62,918 bases of DNA, filler included, from Octopus bimaculoides (GCF_001194135.2; 6 parts of 6 records of this genome joined end to end with filler, not necessarily neighbours in it); one strand, 5' to 3'. Shown: positions 38,590-51,851, numbered from the whole stretch's first letter. The notes: a model not told the origin generated them from the letters alone. A program made the numbers and translations.

Positions 38590-38823
38590 ACATTATTTAT
38601 ATTTGACGGATATTTGTCCTCATCTTGTTTGTTGTCAACACAACGTTTCAGCTGATATACCCTCCAGCCTTCATCAGGTGTCTTGAGGAAATTTCGAACC
38701 TGGGTTCTCATTCCTAAGGTAATTTTCAATGTTGTTATTATTATTATTCAGATCACTGCCTGGAATCGAACTCAGAATCTTGGGGTTAGTAACCCACGCT
38801 GTTAACCACTACACCATATGCCC
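38590..38823 (-). mobile_element. tRNA-headed SINE with the best-preserved minimal hammerhead (copy B)
   Basis: Reverse complement aligns with copy A over its full length. The core reads GACAC-CTGATGA-A-GGCTG-gagggtatat-CAGCT-GAAAC-GTT-GTGTT. Confidence 0.85.
38637..38682 (-). ncRNA. Candidate minimal type I hammerhead ribozyme (PLE-type, palindromic stem III)
   Basis: Stem I GACAC/GUGUU, core CUGAUGA, extra A, stem II GGCUG/CAGCU, GAAA, palindrome AACGUU, predicted cleavage triplet GUU. Folded by eye. Confidence 0.6.
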
Positions 38824-38826
38824 ATA

Positions 38827-39002
38827 GGCATAATAATAATAATAATAATAATGATAGTAATAACATCGAAAAATACCTTAGGAATGAGAACACAGGTTCG
38901 AAATTTCCCCAAGACCCCTGATGAAGGCTGGAGGCTATATCATTTGTAACATTGTGTTAACAACAAACAAGATGAGGACAAATATCCGTCAATTGTAAAT
39001 AA
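38827..39002 (+). mobile_element. Head-deleted third copy (C) of the same SINE, inverted relative to copy B
   Basis: ggcata + (TAA)n + the same body; the hammerhead core is decayed (GTAAC instead of GAAAC). Confidence 0.8.
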
Positions 39003-39059
39003 GGTCTTCTCAAGCATATCATATCACCCAACGCATCAGGAGTACTCTTATTTAGGCCG

Positions 39060-40184
39060 GACATGCAACATTGGCACCAGCCATGGCTGCAATCTCACTT
39101 TAGTTTCTGGGTCTTCTCAATCACAGCATATTGCCAAAGGTCTCGGTCTCTTATCATTGCCTCCGCGAGGCCCAACATTTGATGGTCATGCTTCACCACC
39201 TCATCCCAGGTCTTCCTGAGTCTACCTCTTCCACAGGTTCCTTCAACAGTTAGGGAGTGGCACTTCCTCACGCAGCAACCATACTAGTGCAGTCATCTCT
39301 CCTGCACACCACCTTTGATGCTTCTTATGGCCCAACATTTCTCTCAGGGCGCTTACACTCTGTCATTGTATGCACACTGACATTACACATCCAGCAGATC
39401 ATACTAGCTTCATTTCTTTCAAGCCTCCTATGCATGTCCTCAGCAGCCATGACCCATGTTTCAGTGCTGTATAGCATGGCAGTTTGCACACATGCATCAT
39501 AGTTTACCTTTCAGCCTGAGTGAGAGGCCCTTAGTTGCCAGCAGAAGTAGGAGCTCCCTAAACTTTGCTCAGGTTATTCTTATTCTAGCCACTACACTCC
39601 CAGAGCAACACCCCCACTATAGACTTGGTCACCTAGGTAGCAGAAGCTATTAACTACTTCTAGTTTTTCCCCCTGGCAGGTGATGGAATCTGTTTTCAGT
39701 ACATCTTCAGTGTTTATTGCCCCTGTGCATCTGTCGCACACAAAAAAAACTGTCTTCCCGGTTAACCTTCCTTTGATATTGCAACACCTTTTATGAGTCC
39801 ATAGCTTACACTGGATACATCTTATGGAGTTTCTACACACGCCTTTTCTACAGATCGAGCAGGGCCATCTATCTGAAAGGGTTTGTGATTTGTCAGCCTT
39901 CCTACTTACTAAGACTTTGGTTTTTGCTAGGTTAACCCTAAGGCCCTTCGATTCTAGACCTTGCTTCCACACCCTAAACTTCATCTCTAGTTCTGGCAGT
40001 GACTCAGCTATTAGAGCAAGGTCATCAGCACAGAGGAGCTCCCAGGGGCAGCCTGTCTTGAATTCCTCTGCTATTGCCTGGAGGACCATAAAGAATAAGA
40101 GGGGGCTGATGATGGATGAATCGCTACTCCTACCCGGAATTCTTCACTCGTTGCCAACCCTCACCTTACTGACAGCATCCCTGT

Positions 40185-40190
<6 letters not shown>
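39060..40190 (-). mobile_element. RTE-clade LINE fragment
   Basis: ORF 39592-40089 has WELLCADDLALIAES and NLAKTKV; same family as the copy at 4205. Confidence 0.9.
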
Positions 40191-40219
<29 letters not shown>

Positions 40220-42759
40220 GAATTTACAAAAAAAGAAAAGATGAAGACGGGTGTGTAAACAATAAACAGCTGTATTAGCTTAATGCTTGGGAAGTGAGAA
40301 AGTCTTTTACGTTTTGAGCCTACGCTCTTCAACAGAAATAAACAGGGAAAGAAAATAGAAAAGGTTTAATGGCTAGCGATCTGTATACATATATATATAT
40401 ATATAAATATACACACACACGTATATATATATATATACACATATATGTGTGTGTGTGTGTGTATATGTATAAATATACGTGCGTGTGTGTGTGTATTTCA
40501 ACTATTTGTAGAAGAGTTTGAAGTGGTGTCCATGTACAGACCACTTCAAACTCATCCATTTTATGAAGTGGATTTCATTGTTTCACCTAGAACACATCAT
40601 AAGAGTTCGTAGATTTCTAATTGCAGATTTACACAGTTGCTTCGTGCTCCACTTACCATTTAATCCATAATCCACTTAATCCCTTAGTGGCAGTAAAGTC
40701 TGAGAAGTTGAATCCTTTTCGAGATTCTTAGATTCCAGAACCATAACGGATCTCTATTATCCTAACTTGTTGGTTACATAAAACAGCCTTACAATACTAA
40801 CAAACTGCATCTAAAGGCCAATATACATACACACATGCATACTGTCTGTCTATGTAAATGTAGATAAATACACAGACAGATGGATAGATAGATAAAGATA
40901 GGTGCAGTGGTAGTTGTGTGGTTAAGACGTTATCTTGCCAGTCACACAGTTTCCGTTTCAGCCCCACTGCATGACATTGCACAGGTGTCTTTTGCTCTGA
41001 TGCTGGAACAACCAAAGCCTTGTGAGTGGATTTGGTTGACGAAAATTGGAAAAAGGAGCTTGTCATGTATCTATATGTGTCACTTGTTTCAGTCATTGGA
41101 CTGAGGCCATGCTGAAGCACTGCTTTGAATAGTTTTAGTCAAACAAATTAACTCTAAGGACTTATGGACTAACATCTACTCAATCGGAAAGCTGAACTGT
41201 AAGTACATATATATATATATATATATATACAATGGGCTTCTTTCACATGGCTTTGATTAGCCCAGGTTTATAATAGAAAACACTTGCCCAAAGTACCATG
41301 TAGTAGAACTGAACCCAGAACCATGAGGTTGAGAAGCCAAAACAAAACAATGTGTGCATGCATGCATGTTCCATGTGATTTCTTATCAGGTCATAAATAG
41401 AAGATGGTCCAATGCTGTATGGAATGCATCAACTTTTCATCTTTCAACATCAACAGGGTAGATTCTAACAAGGTACAAACAATGGAAAGGAACATCATTC
41501 TTGCAGATTTAGCTGCCAACTACTGTAGCCTGTAGGTTGATAAGTTGGTACATAGTGATGGTATATGCTTGATAGAACAGGAAAAACAAATACGAGACAT
41601 AACTTCTGCTAGAGGACAGGAACAGACATATGCATCAAAGGTTAGCTGAGGTCCGAACTCAACCATGCAAACCTACCTCACTAAGGAAATAGCAAGAAAC
41701 GTTTTGTCATATAGCTGATGGTAGGCTCCCAACAGACAGGTATAATTTTTCCTCACTCAGCTAGTCTGTCACATGATGGGATGGATAGCCTGCAACTAGG
41801 TCAACGTGTAACAAGGTCATGTGATTCCTTGTAGGAAACAGGCATAAAAGTCAATATGCGCCTATTTAATCTTAAACAAGCAAACTGTGAACATACTTGT
41901 GATATAGTTTCTTTAGCAGAGCTGGGTGATTTGTGTTGAGAGTTTGGAAGGAGTCCGTGTTCTGCTGATGAGAGTCATGCTATCTCTGGACTATTCTCAG
42001 GAAAAAAAAAAATAATAATATCAGCAGGATGGCCAAGTTTATCGACAAGGACCAGGACATTCATTAATGGCAAGCTAGTGGGTCAATAAAGCAGATGAAA
42101 GGTGACAGGATCCACAACCAGATGTGTGTAGATGAGGACATCAGGTACATTTTCTATGAGATGAGGAAAGGGCATTACATGTCTGGCAGACTCTGAGAGA
42201 ATGGTGACCCCATAGCTCTCCTGATTCAAACCATGAGTGATGGGGTCAGTGACCCCAAAATGCCAACTCATCAGGGGTTGCCTTGCCAGTGCCACCTGAT
42301 CATAACCTGCAGTTGTTTCCATGGCTACTGAGGGGAGTCTTTGGGTTTGATACCCCTACTGGAATGTGTGTGTATTTGTATATATATGTGTGTGTGAATG
42401 TGTATGTATACATGTGTAAATGTGTGTTGTGTGTGTATGTTTGCGTATGTGTGTTGTGTTGTTTTGTCTGAGACTTTGTTATTGTTCTAGTTTGTGACTT
42501 TGTTTTTCTTTGTTTTCTGGCACAAACTTTATGTGTGTGTGTGTGTGCGTGCGTATACACATACACACGGGCGTGTGTATACATTTTAACATGACTGAAA
42601 AGATTAAGAGTTTTAGTTTGCAATCATGATTTTGTTTCTCAATTCAGAGGTCAGAGTTTCGATGCCTGTGCGGTGTAAGTTGGGCTTAGAATCGTTCACT
42701 CTAGCCTAGGATCGCCCCACCCAACACACACACACACACACACACACACGTGAGTTTGT

Positions 42760-42985
42760 GTTTGTGCGAGCGGAACTGTACTGTGACTCATTTGTTCTCA
42801 CGTTACTCATACCAAAATGACTGTTCATCTGAGGAGTGGAGCAGTCAGACGAACCAGTTGTGGTTTGTAGCGAAGTATTATCAGAGTGAGATTCTGTTCA
42901 ACCCTCACAGTTAGTCGTCAACATGGACTGATTTGAACCGATCGTTGACGATTAGGAAGAAACAGGGAGAAAAACCACACTGGAG
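42760..42985 (+). promoter_or_regulatory. Possible promoter or non-coding first exon of the Rab24-like gene
   Basis: Non-repetitive, CpG-containing patch with TGACTCA, ending in a donor-like GAG|gtgaga about 4.6 kb upstream of the Rab ATG. Inference only. Confidence 0.3.
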
Positions 42986-43741
42986 GTGAGAAACTGCTGA
43001 TATTTCATTATAAACCTCAGATAACATTTCTCTCGGTCCCGTCCATACATTAATCCCTCTCTATTATCATGTTATATTGTTAAGGTTCTTCTTTAAAGGG
43101 TTTTGTCTATCTTCTGGGGTCATACATACACACCCTTCGTCTACATCGATTTATACCGATGTATATATACATTTATATACACACACTACTATATATGTGT
43201 CTGTTAGATAATGTTTAACATTTTTCTTAATTAACTCAATGAGGAATTGTATATTTGTATGTTAACGTCATGTTACACACACAACACATCACACGCACAC
43301 ACACATTAATTACACACACACACCAATACAGACGTATGTATGTCTATGACTACATCATCGAAGGGGTGTGACTGCAGTGGAACTGTTATTTCTTGTATGT
43401 CCATTGACCACGGGTGAGACACACCTGTGTTCAAGTCACTTCCTCGGACTCTGTCATATCTCTGACTTTGTACATTTTATAATTTGTTATTGTTTGTGTG
43501 CAGCCTTAGGTCTACTAGGATTGGGCACGCCTATTATTATTCCAACCGTGACCGTTTCAGCTTTATTTTTGTCAGACGTAAGAGAGCCATGTGTCCTCGT
43601 TTTAAATTAATTGAATTGGGAGAGATTTGGTTGCTATGTTTTGCATGTCGAGCGACCAGATTCCCTCGTAAATGTCACAGGATGGGAAAAGGTTGTATGA
43701 GGGGTAAAATAGGTCGGGAGTGTTTAGATTACGACTGCTTC

Positions 43742-43773
<32 letters not shown>

Positions 43774-45598
43774 AATTCTGGGTTTATTTCTTTCCACGTT
43801 CGATAGTCTGTATACGTACACTCCTTCATGTGTGTGTGTGTTTATGTATAAGACTAGCCATGTGGGGAAGTTTGTTTTGCAGCCACATGGCCCCGGAGCT
43901 TGATTCCACAAACCCAGGGACCCACAGCACAGGCAGTCGTCATCTACCCTGACATTGGGTTGACAAAGGCCATTTGCTTGTGAGCGAATGTGTCGATAGC
44001 AAAGTCCGACTTGTCATTCTTTTCAGTCAGCACGATGTGTGTGTGTGTGTGTCTGGAGATATATGATAAACACAAGATACAGTTTATTTCTATCATTTGT
44101 TCCTTACTTGCGTTTCACCATTCTGATTATTTTCTTTGCTTTCGATTTGGATGTTCCAAGGGCAATTGGACGCAGAACCACAGCAGTCCACCAGGGAAAC
44201 ACTTCATTGCATTACAATTGACACAAATCGAATGCTTGATCTGTGTATCATAATGCTTGTGTTTATCGTCATTTTGCTCTGATATTGGCTCTGTATATCA
44301 TAAACCAGTAAAACTACAAAGTTATAATAACTACACCACTTTACTGGCAGCAGATTGGGTAATAATAGTCGATATGCAGCTCTTTGCTCACCAGTCAACA
44401 TCGAACTGTACACACAAGATATACCATGAGTATATATAAATATATGTGTTTGTGTGAACACACACACACACACACACACACTGTATCCCCTGTTATAGGG
44501 GACCCCAATTCAAGGTGAATTTCAGTATACCACAATAAATCATTGGAGTCTTTGTTTTGTTTTTCGTTGTTGTTTTTTTATTCTTCTTTGACCCCAATTT
44601 AGTGTGGCCCTGTTTTCTGATTCCATATCTCCAGCATCTCTTTATCGTGAGATGCTCTTTATGTTATCTTCCTCAACAACTCACAGGAATAAACCTAAAT
44701 ACATCATCATTTAACAGAACTGTAACAAGGTGATACCTTGTATTCATTCTCTCCCTTTGTGTTCTGAGTTCAAATCACAGCATGGCCTACCTGGGTGGTA
44801 GATTGAATGTGCCATTTGGTGTAACACCACCACCTAGTCCTTTGCTACCTTTAGCAGACCCCACTTTTGCCAGGATGCCAATTAATGTCTCAGAGTTAGG
44901 GATAGCATCCACTCATCCCATCCCTATCTCAGAGACCCTGTAAAGGGACAGGGGCACTGACTTCCTTCCTAGCTAGAAGTTAAAAAAAAAGCAACTGTTA
45001 TATTGATCACAACAATCCCTGTTATCTCACCATGCACTTACAAAAAGGAACAATAACTACAGTATGCCATACAAAACAAAAGCAGATAAGAAAACATTTG
45101 TAGACAACTCGTGGTGTACAATATTGCTCAGAAAATTGATGATTAATGATGGAAGCAATGCTAAAATAACCTATAGATAATACCTAATCACAAACTAAAA
45201 TAAATGCGGAAATGATGAAGTGCAAATTCACTCCATTCAAATTGTAACAATAGTATTGACACCAATTACATTGATTCTGTTTAATATAAACAGGCAACAA
45301 CACATCAACATCACTTCATCCTGAAGACGAAACTATAAATGTCTAGAAATGTTAGTTATGGGTTTAGGGATTTCTCTGTTCAAATAAACTACAAAGGACT
45401 CATTTGAAAATAGGATCTTAAAAAAACCTTGAAAAGAAAAGAGAAGAGTACAGTCATGATTCCAATACAACACGCACACACACGCACACACACACACGCA
45501 CGCACACACATACACACACACAGAGATAAAGATAAATGTATTTTAAAATAGATATAGAAAAATGTATATTTAGATATAGATAAATAACTCTGTGTGTG

Positions 45599-46600
45599 TA
45601 CAAGGGTTGGACAAAATAATGGAAACTCTTTGTTGAATGGAAGTTTTATTCAGTAACATGGAGTTGGTCCAACTTTGGCATCAAAGAATTCACTCATTCA
45701 AGTTCTGGACGGTTGTTAGGGAAATTTCCAGCCATTCTTTTCGAAAAGCCTGCTTTAGTTCTTTCTGCAATAATAGGGGAGGGAAACATCTCTTCATTTG
45801 CTGCTCCTTATTGTATCCTAAATGTTTGATTATATTGAGATCCAGAGATTGTTGGTGGCCAATCCCAATCCAAGTGATCTACTCCATCTTTGTGCTCTTC
45901 ACACCAATTCCGAATAACATTAGCCATGGGAATCAGTGCATTGTCAATCTTGGAAGCTTGTTCTACCATCAGGGAATAATGTTTGGTACCATAGGATGGA
46001 CATGGTCAGCCAAAATACTCAGATAATCCTTGGCATTGACTCTGCCATGTAGAATAACAAAACAGCCAAGAGAATTCCATGATACGTCTGCCCAAATCAT
46101 CACAGAGTCAGCTCCATGATTCATGGAAGGGACCAAAGAGTCAGGGCTGAAGCCTTCTTTGGACTGTCTCCAAAGTGGGGAAAACGGAGTCAATGATGAT
46201 TCATCAAAGAAAATAACATTGTTCCATTGACCACTTCTGGACACCACTTTGCTGCTTATCAATGTTGATGGGGAGCAGAAGACATTTAGCACTTGCAGCC
46301 GTCCCATGCTATTTAGTTGTATGGAGCTCATAACAAATGGTTTTTGTTGACACAGGGTTGGCAAAGGTGGTGTTCTAGCTCCTCTCTCATTTTTGCTGCC
46401 ATAGTTCCCATGGTTTCTAGACACAATATACATTCTTCATTATTCTTCAGTCCATTTTTGTGATCTTTGCCTTCCATACAGAATTATACTTGCCAGAGCT
46501 GGTTGTACTTTGGTATGGGAATGCCAACATGATTTTAGCGACTGTACTTCAAACATAAAACAATTGGAGGAATTCTGCTTTATACACAGCATATAACTGG
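45599..46600 (-). mobile_element. Tc1-type (DD34E-like) transposon remnant
   Basis: TA-caagggttggacaaaataatggaaac terminus; WNNVIFFDES, VMIWA and YLSILADHVHP. Confidence 0.8.
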
Positions 46601-47599
46601 TCTGAACTTTGTAAAGAGTTTGGGGAGAAAGTTACTTCTGGCTTCTTTTGCCGAGGAATAGGTAGAGTACCTTTGTGTTATGTTGGTGACTTAGATATAG
46701 TACCTCTCTATGTATGTTTATATGTGTGTGTGTGGGGGGGGGGTTAATTAAGATAAATATAAGAATTATCCAAGCTGAAACATGTATTGATATATTAGAG
46801 ATATAAAAATATATGAATACTAAAAATATACATGGACATATAGATGTATGAATATATAAACATAATAATAATGGAATATAGATTAAAAAAAACGTTTTTT
46901 TTTTTAAATTAAAATATGGTATAGAGAAAATAATAGGCCTTAAAAAGAGTTTTGGGTTACGTGTTAGAAGAAAATAAAGTATTCCAATGATCATTTCTGG
47001 GGTTCATTCATTGAAGTAACAAATGAAGATTCATTTTCAGAGAATGTCTTCTTCATCAGGGAAAAATGATGTTTACATTAGATGTGCATTCGGGGCCCAC
47101 GTCTCACTACTCTGTAGAATTGCTGTCTGTATTCATGCATCAAAATGTTGGCTGTTAATCATTGTACACATTCTTCAATGTTATTTTGTTGTAATATTTA
47201 TATAATCTTTTCCTGTGGGTCTGTATAAGTAACATCTCTGCTTCACTTTACAGACTCATATTCCAGCAACTACATGTGACCTGCTATGTCTAACTCGGAT
47301 CAAATATCATCAAAGCTTCCAGGTTTTTAGTCCAGCCACTTCTGAGATTGAACTGCTGCTCTACTGATTCGCTTCTCTCTCTCTCTCACACACGATCCCC
47401 CCCCCTCCTCAACCAATATTCCACCTCTCTCTTGGATTCTTATTATTGGCAACAACAACAACAACAATTGAAATTATAGCATCAATCACAACCCCAGCCA
47501 ACAGCTCACACACAAACATAACGTTATCAACCCCCCATCCCCACCACCTCCCACCAAGGGTCACACTGCATTAAAAAGGATCAACTGATGATATGAAGG

Positions 47600-47722
47600 A
47601 TGTCTAGTAAAGAAATTGATATCAAAGTGGTGCTGTTAGGGACAGCCATGGTTGGAAAGACCAGTTTAGTAGACAGATATCTACATGAGAGATATCTTGG
47701 AGACACAGTTCCTTACCAAAAT
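47600..47722 (+). CDS. RAB24: Rab24-like small GTPase, coding exon 1
   Basis: [41 protein letters not shown]|gtaagt. Contains a G1 P-loop and the Rab24-type PYQN; 123 nt. Confidence 0.88.
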
Positions 47723-47918
47723 GTAAGTATAATTCTAGTGACTGTATAAGGTGCTTGCCACCATCATCATCCTCTTCTCCATCATCAAAGTTTTTAGACA
47801 GATTACCCACCCATATCATCCCTAATTCATGTCATCAGAAGATATTCTAAGCAACCCCCCCCCCGTCATTTTTCCCTTCCATATTTCTTTACATTCTTGA
47901 TATTTTCTTCATCCTCAG

Positions 47919-47987
47919 ACAATTGGTGGTGCTTTTGGCCAGAAGACACTAGAAGTCTGTGGGAAACTCATTCGTTTAGGGATCTGG
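47919..47987 (+). CDS. RAB24: Rab24-like GTPase, coding exon 2
   Basis: cctcag|TIGGAFGQKTLEVCGKLIRLGIW|gtaagt; 69 nt, phase 0 at both ends. Confidence 0.9.
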
Positions 47988-48205
47988 GTAAGTGAACTAA
48001 TCTTACATTACCATGGCAATATAAGGGCTCCTGTAGAGGTGTGGGGGTGGAACTCACAGTTGAAGGTTCCACATAAATGCATTGGCTTCCTACCCACCCA
48101 CCCACACAGTTACCTCACTGTATACCCTACACCCTTACACCTGATTGTATACTCACACTGTGTCACTTTACCTCATTGATTATCATCTCTCTCTCTCTCC
48201 CCCAG

Positions 48206-48352
48206 GACACAGCTGGTAGTGAAAGATATGCATCACTAAGTCGCATCTACTACCGAGATGCTGGAGCAGCGATTGTGTGTTATGATTTGTCAGATAAAAA
48301 TACATTGGAACGAGCCAAGTTTTGGATTGAGGAACTGAAGAATAATGAATCG
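48206..48352 (+). CDS. RAB24: Rab24-like GTPase, coding exon 3
   Basis: cccag|[49 protein letters not shown]|gtttgt. The G3 motif DTAGSE (Ser in place of the catalytic Gln) is typical of Rab24; 147 nt. Confidence 0.92.
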
Positions 48353-48417
48353 GTTTGTCAGAAATTTTGGTATTGATTCTTTCTGTCTGTGTGTCTTGCA
48401 TTTTCTGTATGGTGTAT

Positions 48418-48473
<56 letters not shown>

Positions 48474-49204
48474 NNNNNNNNNNNNNNNNNNNNNNNNNNN
48501 NNNNNNNNNNNNNNNNNTTAATTAATTAANNNNNNNNNNNNNNNNNNNNNNNNNNNNNNNNNNNNNNNNNNNNTATATATATATATATATATATAGGAGA
48601 GTATCGTAGCTTGCTTGAAGCATTGTGTATTGTTTGTAAAACATAATGAATGGCACAACAGTGCGCTATAATAACAACAATGGATTATAATAACTATTAT
48701 CATTTAATTATCCATAGTCTGATATAATAATATTTTGGAATACAAAAATTCCTTCTTCAGATATCGCTAGTAATTGTTTGAGTCACTGCTACAATTGGTT
48801 TTCCAATGGTTACTGAAATTTTTTTTTTTTATCTGGAAGCATCTCTGCAGTGGTCTCACGAAGTTCCTTCCGAAATTCCTCATGAGAAATGCGTGAGTGG
48901 CCATGTATCAAGCTCGTATGTGTTGGAACATCTGCAGCACTGCTTCTAAGTTATGTATTATATGTGCAGTTCCTTTTTTTTTTTCTTTTTTTTCTCTCTT
49001 TTTCTTTTAAATAATACATGAGCATGTTATCAAAAATGAACCTACATGCATCCAGATGTAGCTAAATAATACACTGAAGTCTGTTGTTAATTTGGGGGCC
49101 TAGTCTGTCTATGAGAATAGCTTCCTTGTAGACAACTACTGGCCCCTCTCTGAGAAGACACCTCGCAAACAAACGAGCAAGTGACAGCAATCAATGCACA
49201 CTAA

Positions 49205-49470
49205 CAAACTGTCCCATTCATGACACAGATTTATGTGTTGAGAGAAAAGTTGGGCACAAGAGGAATCAAATGCAGCATGCAAGAGAGAAGACTATGTTGG
49301 TTTGGACATGTGATGCGTATGAATGAAGACAGCTGTATAAAGAAATGCCAGTGTGGAAGAGAGGACCCAAGAAGACATGGGATGAAATTGTAAGAACTGA
49401 TCTGAGGATGTTGGGGCTCACATACAAAATGACAATTGACTGAGATATCTGGCAATATGAGGTTCTAGAG
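49205..49470 (+). mobile_element. RTE LINE C-terminal fragment
   Basis: Contains WFGHVMRMNEDSCIKKC and GPKKTWDEIVRTDL. Confidence 0.75.
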
Positions 49471-50199
49471 AAGTGAAACTGAGTTCTAGAAGTACTGTTC
49501 CACCCACACATTACAATAAAAATTTTCACACTCCCTACCTCAACAAACCAAACTACATCTCTCCCAAACTATACCTCTTCATACACTATGATTATCCCCC
49601 ATTCCCCAATCTTTTCTTCACTACTCTGATCACTGTATCCTTGCTCCTCACCCACTTTATGTACCCAGGTCCTCACCAGTCACAACATTCCCCACTCCCA
49701 CTCTCTACTCGCACCTCTTGGCTATACCTGGCCACGTATATTATGACCTCCATACTTTGTGGATATACCCTGGCACCTGCCATTATTTACCTCTCTCTCC
49801 ACTCTCTTGCACTCCCACTCTCTCTCTCTTTCCCTTGCTCTTCCCTCTGGCTGGGTAGCCATGTATCTCTACAGCAGCTCATCTGTTTCTGACCTCATTC
49901 TTGACCATTCTCTCTCCCTCCTCTTACTCTTACCTCTGGCTAGGTATCCATATATCTCATCTCCTCTTCAGCAGCATGCCTGTATCTGCCCTCATCTCTT
50001 TCTCTCTCTCCCCACTGTTGCTTTTCCCTCCAGCTAGGTAACCATCGATCTAATTTACAGCTGCACACCTGCTCCTGCACTCTTTCTTGTTAACTCTCTC
50101 TCTTTCTTTCTCTCCTACTTGTTCTTTCTCTCTGGCTGGGTAATCATCTACCTCTTCTACAGCAAAACACCTGTTTCTGTCTTTCTCACACTCTAACTA

Positions 50200-50556
50200 T
50201 TCATCATCTGACACAAGATCACCTCCTCCAATGCCCCCTCCCCAAAGATTGCTTGTCTTGCAACATTACTTGGTGACCCTGCTGGTGCAGGTACCACTTA
50301 AAAAGCATCCTGGCCACACTATAAAGTAGCCAGTAAAAACCTTGCCAAACTGACCTCACCTGTTCTGGTGCCATGTAAAAAGCAATCAGCCCACTCTGCT
50401 GGGTGATTGGTGTCCGGAAGGGCATCCAGCCATAAAATCCCTTGCCAAAACAGACACAGAAGTATGGTGCAGGCTTCTGCCTGGCCAACTCCCGTCAGAC
50501 CATCCAACCTATGCCAGCATGGAAGGAGGACATTAAATGATGATGCTGATGATGAT
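50200..50556 (+). mobile_element. RTE LINE 3'UTR fragment with (ATG)n tail
   Basis: ggaagggcatccagcc...ccaacctatgccagcatggaag...ttaaatgatgatg, matching the 3' ends of the other RTE copies. Confidence 0.8.
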
Positions 50557-51851
50557 ATATACACACACACACATACATGTACATACATATGCACACACAT
50601 ACATACATACATATAAGGAGCATAGGGGCAGCTGCCTCTACACACTCCCAGCGATATCTGTGTATGTATGTATAAAAATTATCACATGTAAAATGCACTC
50701 GCATATTTAAGACATATAAACTAGGATTTGCACAAGAAATATACATACATAAATCAATAAAATAAATTAAAATAGAACATTTTTTAGTTGATATACAGTG
50801 GGATGTATCTCTTTGAGGGAAAAAAATTGCACCTAATTTATAAAGTACAAAACAGCGTGGTAAATATTATAACAAGAAAATTGAATAATGAAATTAATGA
50901 ATAAATGTTATTAAATAATAATAATGATGTTGGGTACTAAAATAATGGATAAGGAGGCCTTGCAATGCCTTCAATACATACAATGACGATCAATTTCTGC
51001 ACATGCATGTAAAATGTAAGCTAAAAAAAAAATTGGAAACTAAAATTTAAAAATTAAATTCAGTTGGCAAAAGTCTTGGATAAAATTTAGTATAGTCTGG
51101 TGGAAAAACTGGGATAGTCATTCAAAACTATCTACAATTGAGATAGCTTGTGAAAAGCCGAAGGTTTTTTTTTATTTTTTTTACTGTGTATGTTTGAATA
51201 GACAGGGATGTATTCACTAGAGGGGGAATACTGAGACCAAAGATTTGCTATCCATAGGAGATCATTTGGCATTTCATAACATATTTATTGGCATATCTTC
51301 AATGGCCAAAGAGCTCTATCTTCTGGTTTAGAGCATATTAGACACTGTCCAGTGAATACATTCACACTTGTCCTAAATAAGGTTATTTTTACAAATATTC
51401 TATAGAATTGATAGCCAGCACTGATTTTTGTTATGATGTTTCGTATCCAAGACATCAGATGTCAAACAATGAGATCAAAAATGAAAAATGCATAATGGGT
51501 GAGTATGCCATACTTCAGGAGTTTTTGCTCCTTCATCATCACCCATCCATGAACTCATTAATCATCCACAAACTCATTGCTTAAATAGCCACTGTATACA
51601 GCGGTGTAACTTTATTGGATCTACCAATTTTACATATTAAACACATTCCTGGAAGCTGGTACGTAAATATTAATGACTTGTAAGTATGTGGTATTTCATT
51701 GTGCAGCCATAATATACTACACAGTATATTAAACATCTTTATAAATCAACATTACGTTCTACTGCGTTAGCAGATTGTGACTGTATTCAGTTTGTTATCC
51801 TTCACTCTCTCTTCCTAACCTCTTACTGTGTTTTCCCTTTTATTACCACAG

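Noticed and set aside
50921-50985. MMLGTK frame as a possible Rab24 G4 exon
   Set aside because: In-frame stop immediately upstream, no acceptor and no downstream similarity.
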